From an uncultured Sphingobacteriales bacterium (lineage in GTDB: Bacteria; Bacteroidota; Bacteroidia; CAILMK01; CAYYUA01): DNA of 64,000 bases. This document shows positions 8,945-19,068 of this stretch, piece by piece. The translations under genes and the position numbers were made by a program. Position 1 is the first letter of the stretch; each line of letters opens with the position of its first letter. Under the pieces are notes generated by a model. That model was not told the DNA's origin. It did not search any database and saw only the letters and a program-made list of their open reading frames with translations. The DNA lies in the NCBI GenBank assembly GCA_964474835.1, contig CAYYUA010000004.1, forward strand, positions 33,848 to 97,847, written 5' to 3'.

Positions 8945-11257
8945 CTAAAATTTTGCAGTTAAACGCGTAAAAAGGGTGCGCCCCATGCCCACAGGCACCT
9001 GTCCGTTACCACCTGAATGGGCTCCTCCACCGCCCGCAGCGGCATTCACGTTGGTTACATCCAGTACATTCTTCATCCCTGCTGAAAGCTTGAGATGGTT
9101 ATCCCAGAGGGATTTGCTTAAAGTCAAATCCACGCGGTGGTAAGGTGCTATGAAATTTTCCCGGATATCGCCATCACTGTTTTGCCGCAAGCGCACTAAC
9201 CGCCCCTGGAATTTGTAAAAGCCGGCCATGGTAAGGTCCGGCTGTTGAAAGTTGTAGCGTAACCGGCCATTGGCTTGAGGGGTAAATTCATAAGCTTCCA
9301 GGCCTTCGGTTTGCCGGCCCAAATCATTGTAGCGGCCAGTATAAGCTGCGCCCATCGATAATTTCAGGCGCTGCCATACAGCCGAAAACTGCAGGTTAGC
9401 TCCGGTTGTCTGGTAATTCCCGATGTTCACGTAGTTAAACCTTGTGCCTTCTCCCTGTGCAAGCGCAATCCGGTTTCGAATGTCATTGAAAAAGGTGGAG
9501 ACTTCAGCTTTGATAAGGGTCTGATCAACCAATTGCTGGTAGTTAGCACTCAAGGCATAATTGTGGGCGTATTCGGCATCCAGGTTCGGATTCCCGTGAA
9601 TGTTGTGGTTGATATCCACGAACCGGAAGTAGAGTTCTTTCAGGCCCGGGGCCCGGAAACCCCGCGCATAAGAGCCCCGTAAGGTGAATTGTCCAAGCTT
9701 ATAACGGACATTCAGGGAAGGCGTTAAGGGAGGATCGTAATCCGTGTTCCAGGCTTTTCTAAGGCCTGGGCGTAGGGTTAAGCCTTCTGCAAGCCCCATC
9801 TCCGCGGTGGCAAACAGGGCGTAATTGTTCATGCCGCGGCTCCTGTTTTCGATGCGTTGCCCCTGCGCTTTTTCCCTCCGGATGTGGTAGCCGATCTCCC
9901 AGTTCAGGAAGCTGCTATCACTGGTGTGAGCCAGGCTGGCCCTGCTCATCCATAAATCAAATTGACTGGTGTCGTGGGCATTGTCATTGGCCCTTAGGGT
10001 CTTTTCCAATGTCGTCAGATCTTTGACATAGGTCTGTTTCCGGTGATCGTATTGGTTAAAGGCGGCCACCGCGTCCAGTTTCCAGTTATCCCCAATCGGT
10101 CCTTTGGCGTTTAGCGAATGGTTGATCCGCCGGGTGGTAAATTGGTCGTCAAAGGCTTTTTCATGGTACGGCGGGCGGGGATTGCCCCTGTTCCATACTT
10201 TCTCATCCATCAAAGATCCCTGATAACCAATGCGCCACTGATCCAGGTGGTATTGGTAATGCACCCGCCCGAAGTATTGCCGTTTCGGATTCCACTGGTC
10301 CGTTCGGTTGGTATCTGCGCGTGTTTTTTCAAATGGGGGCCAGAAATCATCACCGGGTTTCCAACCATCAAAGTAGTTGCGTCCGCCGGAAATACGGAAG
10401 TGGTGGTTCCCAAGCTGAAAGCCGGCATTGCCATTGGCGTTAAAAGTTCCGTTGTTCTCAAAGTAGGTGCCGGCTTCGGCATCAACCCCGGATTTTGCTG
10501 ATTTTTTGGTGATGATGTTGATGGTTCCGCCCAGGGCGTTGGTGCCATAGTTCACGCTTAGCGGGCCTTCAATTACCTCGATCCGCTTAACATCATTGAG
10601 GTTCAGCTGGCTCAGGTCAATGTTGCCATTCTGCCGGCCAATAACGGGAACCCCATCTACCATGATCTTGATGTTCTGCCCGGAAATGCCCTGAAGGCTC
10701 ATGCCGGCACCCAGGATGTTATCCTGCGAAACACGCACATTCAAGGTCTGGGTCATGACATCCCGCAAGTTAACGGCAGCCATTTGCTCTATTTCCGCCT
10801 CATCGATCACGCGGACCCGGTGAACCGCATCGCCTGCTTTTTGCCCTTGGTATTGCCCGGTTACCACCAAGGGATCCAGGGCATTTGGAACGGTTACCAA
10901 AGTCAAGCGATGGGGGGTCCCGGTTTGCAGGATTGTATCCAGGGCCTGCCGCCCCACATAGGTTATCCGGATGGAGAGGGAATCCCTTCCCTGGGTAAAA
11001 TCATCCGGAATGCGAACTTTTCCTTGCTTTCCGCTCACAAAATGCCGCACTTGCTGGGGAGCTTTGACTGCATGCACGTGGGCGTCAGGCAGCGGTTTAC
11101 CGGAAGCCGCATTGGTGATGGTCAGGGTGGTTTGCCCCATTCCCTGGCTTATCCATAAGCAGATAAAGCTGAGCAAAGCCGCCAAACCCTTCCAAAACGA
11201 TTGCCGGGATAGGGTTGACCTTAGGCCTTGATCAGCGATTAGGGAAACCGGCTTCAT
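8945..11257 (-). CDS. TonB-dependent outer-membrane receptor (heme/hemoprotein type)
   Basis: 770 aa with plug-domain motifs (IEVIEGPLSVNYGTNALGGTINIITKK) and a C-terminal aromatic residue (…TRLTAKF). It sits between HemS and HmuY-like genes. Confidence 0.85.
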   Translation of the reverse strand: MKPVSLIADQGLRSTLSRQSFWKGLAALLSFICLWISQGMGQTTLTITNAASGKPLPDAHVHAVKAPQQVRHFVSGKQGKVRIPDDFTQGRDSLSIRITYVGRQALDTILQTGTPHRLTLVTVPNALDPLVVTGQYQGQKAGDAVHRVRVIDEAEIEQMAAVNLRDVMTQTLNVRVSQDNILGAGMSLQGISGQNIKIMVDGVPVIGRQNGNIDLSQLNLNDVKRIEVIEGPLSVNYGTNALGGTINIITKKSAKSGVDAEAGTYFENNGTFNANGNAGFQLGNHHFRISGGRNYFDGWKPGDDFWPPFEKTRADTNRTDQWNPKRQYFGRVHYQYHLDQWRIGYQGSLMDEKVWNRGNPRPPYHEKAFDDQFTTRRINHSLNAKGPIGDNWKLDAVAAFNQYDHRKQTYVKDLTTLEKTLRANDNAHDTSQFDLWMSRASLAHTSDSSFLNWEIGYHIRREKAQGQRIENRSRGMNNYALFATAEMGLAEGLTLRPGLRKAWNTDYDPPLTPSLNVRYKLGQFTLRGSYARGFRAPGLKELYFRFVDINHNIHGNPNLDAEYAHNYALSANYQQLVDQTLIKAEVSTFFNDIRNRIALAQGEGTRFNYVNIGNYQTTGANLQFSAVWQRLKLSMGAAYTGRYNDLGRQTEGLEAYEFTPQANGRLRYNFQQPDLTMAGFYKFQGRLVRLRQNSDGDIRENFIAPYHRVDLTLSKSLWDNHLKLSAGMKNVLDVTNVNAAAGGGGAHSGGNGQVPVGMGRTLFTRLTAKF

Positions 11258-11290
11258 AGGGTAGACTTTTAAGCTTGTTGACCTTATTCA

Positions 11291-11611
11291 TCATTGATCA
11301 GTAAGCACGGCCCTGGCGGCCATCAGGCAGGCTGCCTGGTTCATAAGCTCACTCAGGGCGGCAAGCTCGTAGTAGTTGAGGGTTATCTTGACCTGATGGG
11401 AGCTGGTTTCGCACACAAAAATTTTCTCGTTAGGATTATCCGGGTTGGGTGTTTCGGCAAGTTGTTGATTAGCTCCTTTGAGCATGAATTCAAACTCCGC
11501 ATCCGACAGGGTTAGCCAGCAGGTGCCAAAACTGACATGCAAGGCCTGGCAATGCGGACATTGCGCTACATAGCCAAAATGAGAGGTGTGTAACACATCA
11601 CCATTACACAT
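11291..11611 (-). CDS. Small hypothetical Cys/His-rich protein
   Basis: A 106-aa ORF packed between hemS and the TonB receptor on the same strand, with 33- and 54-nt spacers. The N-terminus MCNGDVLHTSHFGYVAQCPHCQALH is Cys/His rich. No known family was recognised. Confidence 0.35.
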   Translation of the reverse strand: MCNGDVLHTSHFGYVAQCPHCQALHVSFGTCWLTLSDAEFEFMLKGANQQLAETPNPDNPNEKIFVCETSSHQVKITLNYYELAALSELMNQAACLMAARAVLTDQ

Positions 11612-11665
11612 AAATAGAAGAATTTTTGATTGGGTTTTGCCGGGTGCAGAACCTTAATGGTTGTT

Positions 11666-12763
11666 TTAGTAAGCGTGTTGTTCCTCCACGTTTCGCATTA
11701 GCTCCGTCCAGGCGGATAGCTCGGTCTCATTAGGTTTGCGCTCCCCAAAGAGGGTCAATACCAATTCCTGCTGGTGATTGAAGACCTCAAGGGAGGTGAT
11801 CAAACCATTAGCGGAGGGCTTACGAACAATCCAGGTCTGCTCAATGCCGGCCTCATTAAGATGCAAGTTGAAATTCGGGTCCATGACGTTGTACCATGGC
11901 CGGTATTCAACCAACTTCCTGACGGTTCCGGTATGGATCTGGATAAGCCCATCGTTGCCTACAAAGGCCATGATCGGCACCTTGGCTTCAGCGGCTTTTT
12001 CAAGTACGGTACGAATGGCGGCATGGGTAACGGGCACCGCATAATGGCCATCCGGTGCCAGCCGCAAGGCCTGGGTACGGGTTAGTTGGTAGCGCTTTAA
12101 CAACCCATGAAATTCATGGGTATGCTGCATGTTAAGCCAGCTTTCCCGGAAGCCTGCCTGATCAATGGCTTCATCCGGAAGCGCTTCAGGGGATTGGGAT
12201 TCGGTAGGGGTAACGGCTTCCCAAGGCGCTTGGTCTTCATGTTTAAATTCAGCAAAGATTGACTGAAAGCCCGCAATATCACTGTGAGGCGTCTGGTAAA
12301 TCTTTAGAATGGCGGTACCCCTTTGATCGAAAACTTGCAGGCTATGCCGCGGACTATTACCAGGATGATCAACCACCCCAAAGGCTTTGTCCCAATTCCA
12401 CATGAACAGCCGCTGGTCTATATCCTGGCTTACAAACATGCCCATCTTATAGTGGTCGTCAAATTCCGGCTGCGGAAATGTGCCAACCTTTTCATGGACC
12501 ACATCTTCATTGCGGATTATGGATTTAACCTCTGCCAGACGGGCCAAGCTTCTTAAAAGCGAAGGAAAGTCAGGGGTTAAACGGGTCACTTGGAGATCAC
12601 CGGTTTCCCCACAGTACGCTGCTATGAGCTCAGCTTCCGATACACCCAGTTCATGGGCTGCGTCACGGGTGCGCATTTTTGGCCGGGCCTTTTTCAGGTC
12701 CGCCCATTGTTCCTTTAGGTCTGGTTTTGTCTGTTCCATTGCTTTACGTTTTAGGTGATTCAA
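11666..12763 (-). CDS. hemS: Hemin transport/degradation protein HemS/ChuS/HmuS family
   Basis: 365 aa in two homologous halves. Conserved blocks align with Yersinia HemS: LAEVKSIIRNEDVVHEKVG, IMAFVGNDGLIQIHTGTVRKL, and NLHLNEAGIEQTWIVRKPSANGLITSLEVF. Confidence 0.85.
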   Translation of the reverse strand: MNHLKRKAMEQTKPDLKEQWADLKKARPKMRTRDAAHELGVSEAELIAAYCGETGDLQVTRLTPDFPSLLRSLARLAEVKSIIRNEDVVHEKVGTFPQPEFDDHYKMGMFVSQDIDQRLFMWNWDKAFGVVDHPGNSPRHSLQVFDQRGTAILKIYQTPHSDIAGFQSIFAEFKHEDQAPWEAVTPTESQSPEALPDEAIDQAGFRESWLNMQHTHEFHGLLKRYQLTRTQALRLAPDGHYAVPVTHAAIRTVLEKAAEAKVPIMAFVGNDGLIQIHTGTVRKLVEYRPWYNVMDPNFNLHLNEAGIEQTWIVRKPSANGLITSLEVFNHQQELVLTLFGERKPNETELSAWTELMRNVEEQHAY

Positions 12764-12855
12764 TTGGGAATGATGGATAGATTGCGAAGGGTCTAAAACC
12801 CTTCGCTAGAGATAGTTTCAAATCACTCAGCGCTTTTTATCCATAGCCCAGGGTT

Positions 12856-13719
12856 TTATATAAATCTGTCATTGGTAGTGTTAGGCGTTAGGGTTTCGTA
12901 ATTCGCAGAAACCGGAGTATGGCGAAAGGACGAGCGCCCGAAGAAAACCTGCGGGCAAGCTTTGAAGGGATGGGACTGGACCATCACTGGAAACTGGTAG
13001 CATTCAGCCAATAAAGCTTCCTGCAAAACCTCGTCAGGCTTGCCGATGGCCATTTTTTGCCCCTCATTGAGCAAAAGTAGGCGATCGGCATACATAGCCG
13101 CCAGGTTCAGGTCATGCAAAACGGCTATGGCCACGTGGCCCTGACCTGTAAAGGTCCTTACCACTTCCATGATTTCATGCTGATGCCGTACATCAAGGTT
13201 GTTCAACGGTTCATCCAGCAAAAGCAATTTAGGCTGAGCCGCATACTGCCCCGTCCAAACCTGCGCCAGGACCCGGGCCATCTGAACACGCTGTTGCTCA
13301 CCGCCGGATAGGGTTAAGTAATACCGCTTAGCCAAATGCGTAACGCCCGTTTGCTGCATGGCCTCCCGGATAGCCGACCAGTCCGCTTCTCCCGGTTGGT
13401 ATTGAAAGTGCGGATAACGCCCCATCTTCACCACCTCTTCTACCGGGAAATCATAGCTCATCGCAGTATGCTGTGTAAGAACCGCTCGCTCTTTTGCTAA
13501 CTCCGGGCCTTTGAAGGCATTCAGCGGATACTTACCCCACCAAACGCGCCCTCCGGAAAGGCGGCTTTCCCCGCTTAGCAACTGAAGTAGCGTTGATTTT
13601 CCAGCGCCATTCGGGCCCAGGACGCCCAGCAATTCACCAGCTTCAGCGGTGAGATTCAGAGGCTCCAGAATGGGTTTTTGACGGACCCGGTACGTTATGT
13701 TCTCTGCTTGCAAAATCAT
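12856..13719 (-). CDS. hmuV: Hemin ABC transporter ATP-binding protein (FecE/HmuV type)
   Basis: Walker A GPNGAGKST, signature LSGGEQQRV, and Walker B LLLLDEP. It overlaps the permease gene by 4 nt. Confidence 0.85.
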   Translation of the reverse strand: MILQAENITYRVRQKPILEPLNLTAEAGELLGVLGPNGAGKSTLLQLLSGESRLSGGRVWWGKYPLNAFKGPELAKERAVLTQHTAMSYDFPVEEVVKMGRYPHFQYQPGEADWSAIREAMQQTGVTHLAKRYYLTLSGGEQQRVQMARVLAQVWTGQYAAQPKLLLLDEPLNNLDVRHQHEIMEVVRTFTGQGHVAIAVLHDLNLAAMYADRLLLLNEGQKMAIGKPDEVLQEALLAECYQFPVMVQSHPFKACPQVFFGRSSFRHTPVSANYETLTPNTTNDRFI

Positions 13720-14756
13720 ACAACCCCACTTCTGTATTTAACCAGTAAAAACAGGAAAAAAGGGGCTCCGGCTAAGGAGGTGATAATCCCGATCGGGATC
13801 TCAGCGGGGGCCACTACGGTACGGGAAAGGGTATCCGCCCAGCAAAGCAATACGGCTCCACCAAGGGCCGAGGCGGGCAACAAAAAGCGATGATCAGCAC
13901 TGCCCCATAGCCGCAGCATATGGGGCACTACGAGCCCTATGAAACTGATCATCCCACAAAAAGCAACCGTTGCGCCTACGCCAAGGGCTGTCAGCACGAT
14001 CACCCGGCGTTTAACGACCTCGGTCGGTATGCCAATGTGGATGGCTTCCTTCTCTCCTAAAGCCAGGGCATTGAAAGGTTTGTACAAGGGCAGGATGAAG
14101 CCGGTGGCCAACACAGTAGTCAGCGCTACTATTGCTGTATTTTTCCAATTAGCCCCGCCCAGGCTGCCAAGGGTCCAGAAGGTGAGGCTGCGCAACTCTT
14201 CGTTGTCGGCCAGGTAGGTCATCAAACCTGTAAAAGCCCCTGCTAAGGCATTGATGGCAACCCCTGCCAGCAGCATGGTAGCCACGCTGGTCTGCCCGCC
14301 TTTTCGGGCAATGCGGAAAATCAAAAAGGTGGCGGCCGCAGCTCCGGCAAACGTGGCTATTGAAAGCAAAGAAAGCGTGCCAATGGTATAGGCGGTTCCC
14401 AAAAAGCTACCGGCCAAAACGATGACCAGCGATGCAGCCAATGCCCCACCAGCCGAAATGCCAATAATAGAGGGATCAGCCAGGGGGTTCCGGAACAAGC
14501 CCTGCATCGCAGCCCCACAAATCGCCAGGGAGCTTCCCACAAAACAACTCATGAGCACCCTTGGCAAACGGATAGCCCAGAATACAGCCGCTTCCTGCGA
14601 ACTATGGGCTCCCGGCAAACTGATACCGACTTTGCCGGCAACCATGGAAGCGATGGCTTCCAGGTCAATGGCCATGGCACCAATACTGGCTGAGGCCACC
14701 AGGGAAACCGGGACCAATACAGCTAATAAAAGCAGTATGGCCTTGAGCTTATTCAT
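13716..14756 (-). CDS. hmuU: FecCD-family ABC permease (HmuU type)
   Basis: 346 aa, highly hydrophobic, with the FecCD-type conserved Gly-rich C-terminal region. Confidence 0.85.
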   Translation of the reverse strand: MNKLKAILLLLAVLVPVSLVASASIGAMAIDLEAIASMVAGKVGISLPGAHSSQEAAVFWAIRLPRVLMSCFVGSSLAICGAAMQGLFRNPLADPSIIGISAGGALAASLVIVLAGSFLGTAYTIGTLSLLSIATFAGAAAATFLIFRIARKGGQTSVATMLLAGVAINALAGAFTGLMTYLADNEELRSLTFWTLGSLGGANWKNTAIVALTTVLATGFILPLYKPFNALALGEKEAIHIGIPTEVVKRRVIVLTALGVGATVAFCGMISFIGLVVPHMLRLWGSADHRFLLPASALGGAVLLCWADTLSRTVVAPAEIPIGIITSLAGAPFFLFLLVKYRSGVV

Positions 14757-15651
14757 CGGCTACCACCTTCTTCAGCTTTTGGTTCAATTCGAGGACGGCT
14801 TTGCCCAACCGCGGACTGAAACCGGATAAGAGCTGGCCGTCCATGGCGATAAAAGCTTTGTTTTTACCGGCTTTGGTCTGCTCGATGCCTTTGACATTCA
14901 TCAATCCCTTGGTGCCCTGGAGGCTCTTCAACCCACTTTCAAAAAGCAGGATGGCATCGGGGTCGGCCTTGATGAGGGCCTCCGCGTTCAATGGCTTAAA
15001 ATCGCTAAAGCCGGTAATGGCATTCTTACCGCCTGCCAGCGCTATCATGGTCTGCATGGGGGTGCCTTCTCCTGCTACCATCATGTTGCCTCGCCCCCTG
15101 GCATAAATGAACAGAACACTGGGCTCAGGATTGAGGTCTTTCACTTTGTTAAGCTTGCGATCAATGGCCTTTACCATTTTTTGACCAGCGGAGGGCTTCT
15201 TCAGGGTGTCGGTCACCCTTTGGATGAGTTGTTTGGTTCCTTTCACTGTATGGGAATGGTCGAGAAGTAAGAGTCTTACACCTGCTGTTTTTAACTGAGC
15301 GCGAAGCTCAGGCTTCAGGGCTCCTTTCAATGCCCACACCCAATCAGGGTTCTGAGCAAGGATGCCTTCCGCTTGCATATTACGCGTATGGCCCAAATGG
15401 GGCAGATCCTGGACAGCGGGCGGGTAGGTGCTGGTAACATCAACGCCTACCAATTGATCCGTGTAGCCGGCCACAGCAATGATCTCGGTTAAACTCCCGT
15501 CAAGGGATACCATGCGTGTGCTGTCCGTTAAAACGGCCCCGGCCGCCTGATCCTCCTCTTGAGCATCCTGGCAGGCCGGGACCATGAAGCAACAAACAGC
15601 AAAAAACAGAAGCATTTTAAGGGAACGATATCCGCTGAACATATTAACCAT
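14749..15651 (-). CDS. hmuT: Periplasmic hemin/siderophore-binding protein of the ABC system (HmuT type)
   Basis: 300 aa with a signal peptide; cluster-8 substrate-binding-protein architecture; directly upstream of the permease gene. Confidence 0.75.
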   Translation of the reverse strand: MVNMFSGYRSLKMLLFFAVCCFMVPACQDAQEEDQAAGAVLTDSTRMVSLDGSLTEIIAVAGYTDQLVGVDVTSTYPPAVQDLPHLGHTRNMQAEGILAQNPDWVWALKGALKPELRAQLKTAGVRLLLLDHSHTVKGTKQLIQRVTDTLKKPSAGQKMVKAIDRKLNKVKDLNPEPSVLFIYARGRGNMMVAGEGTPMQTMIALAGGKNAITGFSDFKPLNAEALIKADPDAILLFESGLKSLQGTKGLMNVKGIEQTKAGKNKAFIAMDGQLLSGFSPRLGKAVLELNQKLKKVVADE

Positions 15652-15652
15652 T

Positions 15653-16972
15653 TTACCGGATCATTACCTTTTGGGTTTCTATATGATTAGGGCCTTGAAG
15701 CTGCAAAAAGTACATCCCGGGTTCCAGCTTCCCGGTTTTCACTTTTTGCTGGGCTAATTGCCCCGCTGGTAAATTCCGCTGACGGACAATGCGCCCGTTC
15801 ACATCCCTTAAGAGAAGGGTTGATGGGCCTTTGTCTTGTGGGGTATTGTAAGTTACTGTTAAGCGTGAACCTTGTACCGGGTTAGGGAAAACTTTGAGTA
15901 GTGACCCGCGAGCCGAGGTTTTGGCTATCCCGGTTTGCTGCGTGTTCATCGGTTCCTTGAAAAAGTTGAAGTTGCCACTGGCGTTACCGCCAAAACCGGT
16001 AAACACTACCCGCCAGATGTCCTCCGATTGTGTTTTGACAAAATAGACGGTACTATCGGCAATCCGGAATTGGCGTTCCTGCCTGTCAAAGGTTTTCCAA
16101 TCAAACCCGATGGTGTTGATGGCATCTTTGAAAGTATGGCGGCTGTACTTGTCATAAGCTTTGGGATCAGCTACAGGATTTACCTTGACAGCCTGCGCGG
16201 AACCGTTCAACAAAACCCCGGTGACGGGATAGGGCCGGGGTAAAAAAGTGGTGTATTGCGTAAACAGCAATTGCCATTCTGGCTTTTTGGGTGCCGGATC
16301 AAGGGGTTGGTTGTTTTTTAAAGAGTAGTAAGCGAAGGCTTTGTCGGAATAGTCATTCTTGTTGATGGTAGCGGTTTGGGCATTTTGCCCATTAAGGTCA
16401 GCATAATGGAACGTGTAAGTGCGGGAAGCCAGGCGTTCGATCCATACCTGCTTAAAGGTTTTATTACCTAATTGCATGACATAAATACTATCGCCTACCA
16501 CATGATGGGTTGTGGGATTGTAAACGCCCCATCCGAGGTCTACCTGTTTTTCAGGGTTGGCGTTTGCGTTGAAAGCGCCCTGGCTCCATGAGGTATCAGC
16601 ATTGTAAAGTTGGCGAAAGCTTTGTAAGCCGGAAGTGTCCAGCGAAGTCCCAAAGCTGGCACTATCGCCTTTGGGGTACAGCCAGAGTTTGGTCCCGGTA
16701 GCAGGATTAATCCTTATGCCTGATCCTCTTCCTGATACGGAAAAGGCCAGTTCCCATTGGTCTTGGGCCACACGGGCTTGCTCACCTTCTGCCAGGTCAT
16801 ACCATACGCGATCGGCATAGCCTTGCTTTAAGGAAAGGGTATCGCTAATGCCGGTCTGTTGGCCGATTGTAAAAAAGGAGATTCCACAAAGTAGTGTCGT
16901 TAAAAAAGTAATCGTACGTATCATTTTTTTATTATTTTTATTTAGACAAATTCTAAATAATTGGCGATTCAA
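15653..16972 (-). CDS. HmuY-like protein with a C-terminal T9SS type-A sorting domain (Por_Secre_tail)
   Basis: A paralog of 7975..8940 with shared motifs. The C-terminal ~80 aa (LLKVFPNPVQGSRLTVTYN…LLLRDVNGRIVRQ…LEPGMYFLQLQGPNHIETQKVMIR) is a typical T9SS CTD. The real start is probably the internal MIRTITFLTTLL at about 16924. Confidence 0.6.
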   Translation of the reverse strand: MNRQLFRICLNKNNKKMIRTITFLTTLLCGISFFTIGQQTGISDTLSLKQGYADRVWYDLAEGEQARVAQDQWELAFSVSGRGSGIRINPATGTKLWLYPKGDSASFGTSLDTSGLQSFRQLYNADTSWSQGAFNANANPEKQVDLGWGVYNPTTHHVVGDSIYVMQLGNKTFKQVWIERLASRTYTFHYADLNGQNAQTATINKNDYSDKAFAYYSLKNNQPLDPAPKKPEWQLLFTQYTTFLPRPYPVTGVLLNGSAQAVKVNPVADPKAYDKYSRHTFKDAINTIGFDWKTFDRQERQFRIADSTVYFVKTQSEDIWRVVFTGFGGNASGNFNFFKEPMNTQQTGIAKTSARGSLLKVFPNPVQGSRLTVTYNTPQDKGPSTLLLRDVNGRIVRQRNLPAGQLAQQKVKTGKLEPGMYFLQLQGPNHIETQKVMIR

Positions 16973-17187
16973 ACGTACTTTCTACTTGCTCAACTGTCAA
17001 TACCGCAAATGAGGTATTTTTCGAAACCAAGCTAAATAGCTTGGGTAAATCACATTTAAGCGAGCTTTATAAATCAGTCATCCTTTTGCTACCACAGAAA
17101 TTTTCAAGTATTAAAAAAGCTTTCACATCTAAGAATACGGCTCGCGTATTGCTTCTAGTTATTGCTTCAAAATCTATATTGTTAATG

Positions 17188-19062
17188 CTTGATAAGCTTT
17201 TCAAAACCAATCTGAATTTGCCTGGGGTAGGCAAAACAACCCTTGTCACCTGCGCAGCCATTCTTTTTTTGTTAAATGGAGCAATAGCACAACGCAGTGA
17301 TGCATCCCAGAAGGAGAAGTTGGCTGTACAGTATTACCAGAATGAGAAGTTTGAAAAGGCCTTACCCCTGTTCGAAGAGCTTTTTAACGCCAATCCGGGA
17401 TCAGACTACCTGTACGAATATTACCTGAATACCATGCTGAAGACGGAGGCTTATGAGCAGGCCACCACAATGCTGGAAACCCAGACTGACCGCTATCCGC
17501 GGAAGCTTACCTACCGTATTGCCCTGGGCTATGTTCAGGAGCAGCAGGGAAACCCAGAAAAGGCCAAAAGCACCTACGAAAGTGTGCTGGATAACCTGGC
17601 CCCGAGGCGGAATAAGCTTAAGACAGTGGCGAATACTTTCCGGAATCGTGGGAAGCTCAACTATGCCATTAAGACCTACGAGAAAGGGAAGGAGCTGATC
17701 AATGAAGAACAGGCATTCAGCCTGCAGCTGGCCCGCCTGTACCGGGAATCGGGTGACCAGCAGGATGCCATGTTTCAGGCTTACCTTGATGCTTTTCAAC
17801 TGGATGCGCAGTCCGGGGACCTCATCAAGAACGAACTGCAAGAGCTGGTGATGAATGATGCTCCGTTCCGGAATTTCAAAGGCATCCTGCTAAAACGGAT
17901 CAGGAATAACCCCGGAAAGCGCAGGCTGGTCGATCTTTTATCATGGCTGTTTATTCAGAATGAAGCGTTTGACCAGGCATTTGTTCAGCTGCGGGCCCTT
18001 CAGAAGCGGCTGGAAACCAATGGCCGGCGCTTAGTAGAGCTGGCTTCTGTGGCAAGAAAGAACCAAGCCCTCAGCACAGCCGAGCAGGTGTACCGCTACC
18101 TGATCGACCTTGGTCCTGACAATCCCTACTACTTCAGAGCTCGTCAGGGTGTGCTGGAGGTTCAGTATGACCGGATCACCAAGCTAAAGGAGTATGAACA
18201 AGCCGATTTGGTCAAGCTTGAGAAGGGCTATCGGGAGTTCATGAACGATGAGCGCTTTAGCTATGCCAGCAATGGAAAAGTTACATTGCGCCTGGCTAAG
18301 CTTAAGGCGATTTACCTGGACGAAATCGATAAGGCCATCGGCCTTCTGCAAACGCTGATCAATAAGCAAGCAGGCGGCAACAGGACACTGAAAGCCAAAG
18401 CGCGCCTGGCCCTGGCCGATTACTATTTGTTAAAGGGGCAGCATGCAAAGGCACAGCTAACCTACGCCAAGGTTGAGAACATGTTCGAAGGGCATCCTTT
18501 AGGCAACAAGGCTACATACCGGAAAGCCAAGCTTTCCTTCTACAAAGGCAATTTTGACTGGGCCGGCTCCCAGCTCAAGATCCTGAAAGGAGCTACCTCC
18601 AAGATGATTGCCAACAATGCCCTGGAGCTGGATATGCTGATCAAGGACAACCGCGGCCTGGATACCACTGAAGTCCCCTTACAGATCTATGCCCGGGCTG
18701 ATATGTACCTCTTCAAGAATCAGTATGAGGAAGCCCAGCTCCGGCTCGATTCGATCCTTACGCAGTTCCCGGAACACAACCTGACTGACGAAGTGTATTT
18801 TGCCAAAGCCCGGATTGCTAAAGAGAATCGTAACTACGACTCGGCCGTCAGCCTGCTAAAAAAGATCTACAGCAATTACGGGAACGATATTCTGGCTGAT
18901 AATGCCTTGTATAAGGCTGCTCGCATTTACCAGCGTCAGCTTGATGATCAGCAAAAGGCTAAAAAGCTCTATGAAGAGATTGTTACGGAGTACGGCGGCA
19001 GCATCTATCAACTAAAAGCACGGAAAGCTTATCGCAAGCTCAGGGGTGATCGTATCAATTGA
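17188..19062 (+). CDS. Tetratricopeptide-repeat protein with a signal peptide
   Basis: Repeated TPR-like A/Y/L patterns throughout. The ORF opens at 17041, but the likely start is MLDKLF… at 17188, which precedes a hydrophobic signal segment. Confidence 0.65.
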   Translation, partial: LDKLFKTNLNLPGVGKTTLVTCAAILFLLNGAIAQRSDASQKEKLAVQYYQNEKFEKALPLFEELFNANPGSDYLYEYYLNTMLKTEAYEQATTMLETQTDRYPRKLTYRIALGYVQEQQGNPEKAKSTYESVLDNLAPRRNKLKTVANTFRNRGKLNYAIKTYEKGKELINEEQAFSLQLARLYRESGDQQDAMFQAYLDAFQLDAQSGDLIKNELQELVMNDAPFRNFKGILLKRIRNNPGKRRLVDLLSWLFIQNEAFDQAFVQLRALQKRLETNGRRLVELASVARKNQALSTAEQVYRYLIDLGPDNPYYFRARQGVLEVQYDRITKLKEYEQADLVKLEKGYREFMNDERFSYASNGKVTLRLAKLKAIYLDEIDKAIGLLQTLINKQAGGNRTLKAKARLALADYYLLKGQHAKAQLTYAKVENMFEGHPLGNKATYRKAKLSFYKGNFDWAGSQLKILKGATSKMIANNALELDMLIKDNRGLDTTEVPLQIYARADMYLFKNQYEEAQLRLDSILTQFPEHNLTDEVYFAKARIAKENRNYDSAVSLLKKIYSNYGNDILADNALYKAARIYQRQLDDQQKAKKLYEEIVTEYGGSIYQLKARKAYRKLRGDRIN

Positions 19063-19068
19063 TCAGCG

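Noticed and set aside
16973-17040. Possible Fur box upstream of the heme operon (AAATAATTGGCGATTCAAAC)
   Set aside because: Only a weak 10/19 match to GATAATGATAATCATTATC with no clear dyad. Iron regulation of the locus remains likely, but the site cannot be called from sequence.
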